Positions 57,066 through 64,000 of a DNA stretch of 64,000 nucleotides are shown here, piece by piece; the first letter of the stretch is position 1; the number at the start of each line of letters is the position of its first letter. Both the position numbers and the translations under genes were made by a program. Under the pieces are notes generated by a model that was given only the letters and a program-made list of their open reading frames with translations, did no database searches and had not been told where the DNA came from. Source of the DNA: Octopus vulgaris (Eukaryota); the NCBI GenBank assembly GCA_951406725.2, contig OX597825.1:7688001-7752000 (forward strand). Direction: 5' to 3'.

Positions 57066-57792
57066 TATACATATATATACATATATATATACATACATAC
57101 ATCTATACCTCCATCGATGCATACATACATGCAACATGGCGCCGTCAGTGTCAGACGTGCAGGCTTAGAGGACCGTTTAAAATACATGTTTAAATACATA
57201 ATACTTCTGCAAATAGGCCAACTCTTTCAGCCTAAATCAGTAACTTGTTTATTTCTGCAATTGCGAATAAGAAAAACACATTTTACTTATCAACTCAGCG
57301 TTATTTAGACCAGATTAAAAAAATATATACCTTTATACAACCCGCTATTTCACTAGCCCAACCATAGCTGAAACTATTAACCACATAACCGATGAGAGTA
57401 GAATTACAACATGAAGAAGCTATTCAAGAAAACGGAAGTAGTTCTCTCATTTTACTTTGCATCTAACCAAGATCTTCCTCTTTCCTATGAAAAAGGCCCG
57501 TGATGACCTGTCTCTTCTGGTTAAACGAATACTTAAGCAGATAAGAAACTAGTTACCCCCAACTGAAACAGTTTCTTGGCGAAATAACTTTGGCAACAAA
57601 TATAGTTCTTTGTAAAACATGGCTGCTTTCGTGATGGTAATCGATCTAATCAAAACACTGAGAATTGGCCAAAATCTGCCATAAGAGTGATCGGAAATAA
57701 AGTAAATAAGCTGCTACCGCCGTCGCTAGATTCTCGTCTATCACCGGATGTAACTGAGTTAACAGAGACAACTGTGGAATGTATTCAGTTTA

Positions 57793-58103
57793 GTGGCACT
57801 CCGTCGGTTACGACGACGAGGGTTCCAGTTGATCCGATCAACAGAACACCCTGCTCGTGAAATTAACATGCAAGTGGCTGAGTACTCCGCAGACACGCGT
57901 ACCCTTAACGTAGTTCTCAGGGAGATTAAGCGTGACACAGAGTGTGACAAGGCTGGCCCTTTCGAAATACAGATCTTACTCATTTCTGAATGAGCAACCT
58001 GAGCAACGTGAAATAAAGTTCTTGTTCAGGAAACAACGCGTCACTGGGAATTGAACTCACAACGTTTCGATTGAGAGCTGAATACTCTAACCACTAACCC
58101 ATA
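57793..58103 (-). mobile_element. SINE family B (tail X)
   Basis: Homologous to 13642-13964. Confidence 0.85.
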
Positions 58104-58170
58104 CCTTTCGACACTAATTATTTACATTATTTACATTTAACAGATATTTGTCCTCATCTTGTTTATTGTT

Positions 58171-58216
58171 AACACAACGTTTCGGCTGAAATACCCTCCA
58201 GCCTTCATCAGGTGTC
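58171..58216 (-). ncRNA. Minimal type I hammerhead ribozyme motif (PLE type)
   Basis: GACAC CUGAUGA A GGCUG gaggguauuu CAGCC GAA ACGU U GUGUU: stem I, core, 5-bp stem II, palindromic ACGU at helix III, UH site. Confidence 0.75.
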
Positions 58217-58280
58217 TTGGGGATATTTCGAACCTGGGTTCTCATTCCTAATTTATTATTATTATTATTATTACTATTCA

Positions 58281-58351
58281 GGTCACTGCCTGGAATCGAA
58301 CTCGGAGTCTTGGGGTTAGTAGCCTGTGCTCTTAACCACTACGCCATATGC
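58281..58351 (-). other. tRNA-derived Pol III cassette (A and B boxes) inside the Penelope element
   Basis: Minus strand GCATA TGGCGTAGTGG TTAAGAGCACAGGCTACTAACCCCAAGACTCCGA GTTCGATTCC AGGCAGTGACC; stems are imperfect. Confidence 0.65.
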
Positions 58352-58375
58352 AATTATGGAGTGAATTTTAGCGCT

Positions 58376-58843
58376 TATATTTCTAACATTCTCCTATCCT
58401 TCCTTAATACCGGTTCCCATATGCTATATGAATCTGCACTTGGTCTGCTTAGAAGGTTGTTGTGTCCTAGCATATGTGCTGCTTCTTTTAAATTTCGTAT
58501 TTTCCAGTGGTGTTCTCTGTCTATTATTTTAACTTCATCCTACAGGGGGAGGTGGTCTCCATTTTTCCATACATGATCAGCTATACCAGATTTATCAATA
58601 TCTCCTCATGTCACAGCTTTGCGATATTCCTCTACTCTTATTTTGAGCGGGCGGCATCTTTTCGCCACAGCTGCATGAGATGGAGTACACGCAGTTTTTG
58701 GTCATATTCTCTTCTACTGGTGGTTTTACTCGAAGGAGATATTTGCAAAGTGTTGCATTATTCTTGGATACTGCCCTGATATCATATGGGCCGCTTTTCT
58801 TTTGTATCTTTTTGGGGAGGCCTTTCATATAGGGTAGACATAC
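58376..58843 (-). pseudogene. Decayed Penelope GIY-YIG endonuclease C-terminus
   Basis: LPYMKGL..KI..TLCKYLLRVKPP..KNCVYSISCSCG, frameshift with the YxG motif missing, then RPLKIRVEEYRKAV*..SGIADHVW..DEVKIIDREHHWKIRNLKEAAHM..WEPVL; internal stops. Confidence 0.85.
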
Positions 58844-58879
58844 CTTAGGAATGAGAACACAGGTTCGAAATTTCCCCAA

Positions 58880-58926
58880 GATACCTGATGAAGGCTGGAG
58901 AGTATATCAGCCGAAACGTTGTTGTC
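58880..58926 (+). ncRNA. Minimal type I hammerhead motif, inverted copy
   Basis: GAUAC CUGAUGA A GGCUG gagaguauau CAGCC GAA ACGU U GUUGUC; stem I has a 1-nt bulge. Confidence 0.65.
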
Positions 58927-59620
58927 AACAACAAACAAGATGAGGACAAATATCCGTCAAATGTAAATAACCTAAATAATATACCGTTAGCTGTGGCCAT
59001 GCATAGTGATCCATTACGACAATCGTCCTAGCGCCTTGTTTTATATGTCATCTGGCTTCAGCGAAACAAAATGAGGACTAATATCCATCAAATGTAAATA
59101 ATGTAAATACCGTACATTATTCCTCATCTCTTAAATATAGAATTGTAAAAAAAAATCCAACTTCCTCAAATGTTGAAAGTTAACGACGATGTCGTTGGAG
59201 AACATATGAAATTATGTAATGGTAATTTCCGGAATATTAAATACCCTCAGAAATACAGCTGCTGTCACTCTTAAAGTACACCTATAAGAAATTACTACGC
59301 GAAGCAACCTAGATAGAAAATGAAACTTGTAGAAAACATTAACTGTCTAGACCGCCATATTCGGATGGTTAACCGTCATAGTAAAAATGTACGAGGAATA
59401 ATGAGCTCACAACTTGCTAATTATGTCTTATTTATAAATTAACAAGACTATATAGTGACTTTTCACACCTAGCTTTTGAAGGAAAGCTAATTACTCTAAA
59501 ACACGAGCTCAAGATGTTGAGCGAAAAATTTCGGTAGTGTAGGAGAATTTTTGAACGAATCGGTATAAATCACAAATATGCTTTCAGTCTGCATGCATTG
59601 TATATATAGAGAGAGAGACA

Positions 59621-60035
59621 GGCGGCGAGCCGGCAGAAATGTTAGCACGCCGGGCGAAATGCTTGGCGGTATTTCGTCTGCCGCTACGTTCTGAGTTCAA
59701 ATTCCGCCGAGGTCGACTTTGCCTTTCATCCTTTCGGGGTCGATTAAATAAGTACCATTTACGCACTGGGGTCGATGTAATCGACTTAATACCTATGTCT
59801 GTCCTTGTTTGTCCCCTCTGTGTTTAGCCCCTTGTGGGTAATAAAGAAATAGGTATTTCGTCTGCCGCTACGTTCTGAGTTCAAATACCGCCGTGGTCGA
59901 CTTTGCTTTTCATTCTTTCGGGGTCGAGAAATTAAGTACTAGTTACGCACTGGGGTCGATATAATCGACTTAATCCCCTTGTCCGTCCTTGTTTGTCCCC
60001 TCTATGTTTAGCCCCTTGTGGGTAGTAAAGAAATA
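59621..60035 (+). mobile_element. SINE family A with tandem 184-bp body duplication
   Basis: Unit 59668-59851 is repeated at 59852-60035. Confidence 0.9.
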
Positions 60036-60596
60036 AGAATATTCCATAACTACATAAGCACACACACACATACACACACACACAGCTATCGGTATTTTCT
60101 GTAAAGAACGTAGCAGAATACAGTAGAAAGCCCGTCTGCCTTCAGATTTCACCCTGTGCTCTCCAGTAGAAGTATTATTGACATCTTAATTGAATCTTCC
60201 ATGTGTTACCTTGTATCTCCTTGCGGCAACGTAAACTTTCATTTAATCAAGATATCCTTCGCCTGAAGAGTAGCCTGCGGTATACACCTCGACTGGATAT
60301 TTACCACTTCTAAGATACCGCTCGCTATGAAACATATGTAGCTCGGATCTTATCTACTCCAATCCGTAATTCTTGTAATCTTATTCGCAAACCCGGAAAA
60401 CCTAATTGCCTACTGTGAAACATAAAAAGAACTTATTTCTGTTTATCGTACTTCGATAAGGATCCTCAACCTTCCGTCCCAATAAACCGCTATCGCCCCT
60501 GAAAGTTGTTTTTCTATATTTATAACGGATTGAAGCTAATTTCCTTCCTATTCGATCGCTGGAACTATCTATCTAGCTACCTACCTACCTACCTAC

Positions 60597-60732
<136 letters not shown>

Positions 60733-60795
60733 ATTTCTACATATGCATATATTGTCCGACGAACGGAAACTTGAAACTCCGAGTAACAGCTTTTG

Positions 60796-60840
<45 letters not shown>

Positions 60841-61264
60841 TATATTTATTCATGGTCACGCGCACACATACATACACATACAAAATTTCACACAGGTGTA
60901 ATAGAACATATTCATAAACAGGCTGTGACCAGGTAACAAATCACTTTATGGCATTTGTACATTTATATTTGAATAAATTAATGGAGTGACATACAAATGC
61001 AAATACATAATGCGTAATATGATATACCGTATATATCAGTATATACATCCATGTCTCTCTCTCTATATATATATATACATATGTTTGTATGTATATGTGT
61101 GTATGTGTGCTGTGTATAAAGTTAGTAATTTTATAATACGCTGTCGTTTTTACGACGCATTAAAACTTGTTGCAAGTTAATGAATTTTTCATGAAGCTCG
61201 ATAAACATATTCCTGAGACCCTTGAAGTTTTTCGGTTTCCTGTCGAATGTTCTTTCGATAGAAC

Positions 61265-62205
61265 ATAGGCACGTGAATGACGCGCCTGTCTGAAGGCCGG
61301 CCGCGAATTTATTTTCCCACGAGAGTTCCGGGCCCCAGTAATGAACTCATTTTCATACAGCTAATTAGAGCTGAACCTGGCCTTGTTGTCAAGTTAAGAA
61401 ACATACTCTACCAAGTAAACTCAAGAGGAAGAATGGTGTAAGTCGACCGATCGCTAATTTATGCCAGATCTTAGAAGGAGACAAGCAATTAGGTTTGCAT
61501 CTATACCTATTATCGGATTTTGTTAGGGCCCCATATGGTAAAGATATGGATGGGAAAAGTGTGTAGAGAGTGATGCGGAAGCAGCTCTCTCCCCTTACTG
61601 ATGTACACTGTAAACAACAATACAAATAACTACGCAGAGGCAGCCATGGTTGAAACAAGAACAAGAACAACAAGCATTATCAAAAGACAAAAGAAGCATG
61701 GTCATTCCTTACCCAAGTGACCTTATCATCCATGACTTGCTTTGCGCTCATAAATTTGTTTGATAGTTGAGCTCTGATTGGCTGTATGCAAATGGGTTCG
61801 TAATAGATGTCCGGAACACGCGTGGGAAAAAACTTTGCACGCCGGCCGAGTATCTTTTGAAGATATCATTCGTAGGGCGACTAAGAAAATTGGAAATCTA
61901 AAAGATTTTCGAGAAATTCAACTTCAGACATTCGCTGAAGTATCTGTAAATCTGCTGGGATATTTTCACGGACAATTTTGACATTGCTCACGTCCCTACG
62001 ATAATATGAAAAGGAAAGTGGCGGTGGCAGGGCGGGCGGAAGAAAGAAAGAAAAACTTACTGTCTATTGTTCCACAGTCACCCTACATGCATCGCCTATC
62101 CCTAATGAGTACAAAGGGCTTCCTAAAATGTTACTGAAAGGCGCGGGAGCAGCTGTTCGCGGCGGAAGGTGAAACCAAAACGTTGCCTTGCGCGGTGCGG
62201 TGTAA
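61265..62205. promoter_or_regulatory. Unique, locally GC/CpG-rich non-coding segment, possible regulatory element
   Basis: GGCCGGCCGCG near 61296, GC box GGGCGGGCGG near 62030, CpG cluster 62140-62200; no credible ORF. Confidence 0.2.
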
Positions 62206-62976
62206 TATATATATATATATATATTTCAAATGGACTGACGTGCTGGGATCACCTTGTACGTACACATGGGAATTATGTATGTATGTAAGTATGTATGTAT
62301 GTATGTATGCATATACGTATGTATATATGCATGCATATATGTATGTATGAATGTATGTATGTATGAATATATGTATGTATGAATATATGTATGTATGCAT
62401 GTTTATATGTATATATGTATGCATACGTCTCTATATATGCGTGTGTGTGTAGATGTTTGTGTATGTGTATATGTGTGTGTGTGTGTGTGTTGTCTGATTA
62501 CATATCTAAGACAGCGTGCATTTGAAAGCGCGCGTGGGAAGAGACTTCTGACATTAGTCTACCTGCTTGCATACGACACACACACACAAACACACACGCT
62601 CAAACACACACACACACACACAAAAAACACACCCACTCAAACACACACATACACACACATCTATCACCACAGTTATATAATATCCATTAATCTGCCAGAA
62701 TGTCTTCAGAATTCTGTAGTGGCGTGTGTATGTACAGACATAGAAATATGTGTGCGCGGAAATACACTTACGAGTCGGTGCGTTGCGTGTTTTGTAGTTT
62801 TGAGTGATTTTTACTTCTTTTATTTCGAATTCCTCCATTCTCGAAAATCTTAAATGACAACTAGGAAACATCACACCAATCCACCCGTATTTAAAGGCAA
62901 TTTTCACACACATAAATTTGATTTTTAGGAAGATGCTCAAGCATACACGTATCCATCCAGCTAAAAATACATGCTG

Positions 62977-63233
<257 letters not shown>

Positions 63234-64000
63234 TTGCATGAGAATGTGTGTGTGTGCGTGTGCGTCTGCACTTCTTAGAAGTTTCGGTCAGCTAAGCCAC
63301 TCTCCGAAAAAAAGCTTACTTGGCCGAAACTTCGGAGTCACTGTCAACAACATTCTTGTGCAAGAATGATAAATTTGTACTCTACAAAAATATAGAATAA
63401 TCCTTCAGTTTAAAGTACAATCCTATTCTTTTATAACACATCATATCTCACACACACACATACCTGTATATACCTATATGTATACGCACACATACACACA
63501 CACACTTATAAATATATATACAGAGAGAAAAAGTAAAGGAGAGCGCAAGTCAGATAAACGCCTAGACAAATAGATAGAGATAGGTAGATAAGTAGATAGA
63601 AAAGTTGATAGATAGGCACAGAGTTGTACATGCATTCATATCCATTCATACAATCACATACCCAAGTACCCATCCACATACCCATAAAGCCTTTAAGATA
63701 TGATACATAATACGCATCTACCTCTCTCTCATTCTTTATGTATTTATATATGCGTATATGTTTATGCATCTATATCTACACATATATGTATGCGTGTGTG
63801 TCTCTGTGTCTGGGTATGTGTATAAACTTGCATACATGTATTATATGTGTGTGTATGCATGTATTCATGTCTGTTGGCTGAGTCACAAATAGTTAAGTAT
63901 ATCCACATACGAGCCCGCATGCATGCAATCTGTATATCTCTGTATAAACAGACGGAGTCCTTAAAGGCAACAGCATTTAAACAATTTTCTCCTGAACCGT

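Larger units (their letters stand above)
58118..59145 (-). mobile_element. Penelope-like retroelement remnant: 5'-truncated GIY-YIG region between inverted terminal repeats, plus a third partial repeat end
   Basis: Inverted arms of about 135 bp at 58118-58251 and 58845-58980; partial third copy near 59065-59145. The interior translates to a PLE endonuclease region. Confidence 0.85.

Noticed and set aside
58281-58351. Functional tRNA gene
   Set aside because: Acceptor and anticodon stems pair poorly and it lies within a repeat, so it is treated as a tRNA-derived cassette.

Overview
AT-rich, microsatellite-saturated eukaryotic genomic DNA. The repeat families resemble those of Octopus (coleoid cephalopod); this is recognition from memory, not a database result. 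Nearly all ORFs in the track are translations of simple repeats. The only convincing host coding sequence is a 67-nt minus-strand first exon (23351-23417) encoding a signal peptide and ending in a phase-1 GTAAGT donor. No second exon was recognised in the 23 kb downstream. The rest is intron or intergenic DNA containing about 25 tRNA-derived SINE copies (three families with swapped heads and tails), decayed LINEs (Tx1/L1, R4/Dong, probable RTE), three mariner remnants, a Tigger remnant, a MITE, a non-autonomous Helitron and a Penelope-like GIY-YIG remnant. The most notable signal is six minimal hammerhead-ribozyme-like motifs in Penelope-type terminal repeats. One sits directly downstream of a tRNA-like Pol III cassette inside an inverted-repeat Penelope element. 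Repeat boundaries were read by eye and are approximate.
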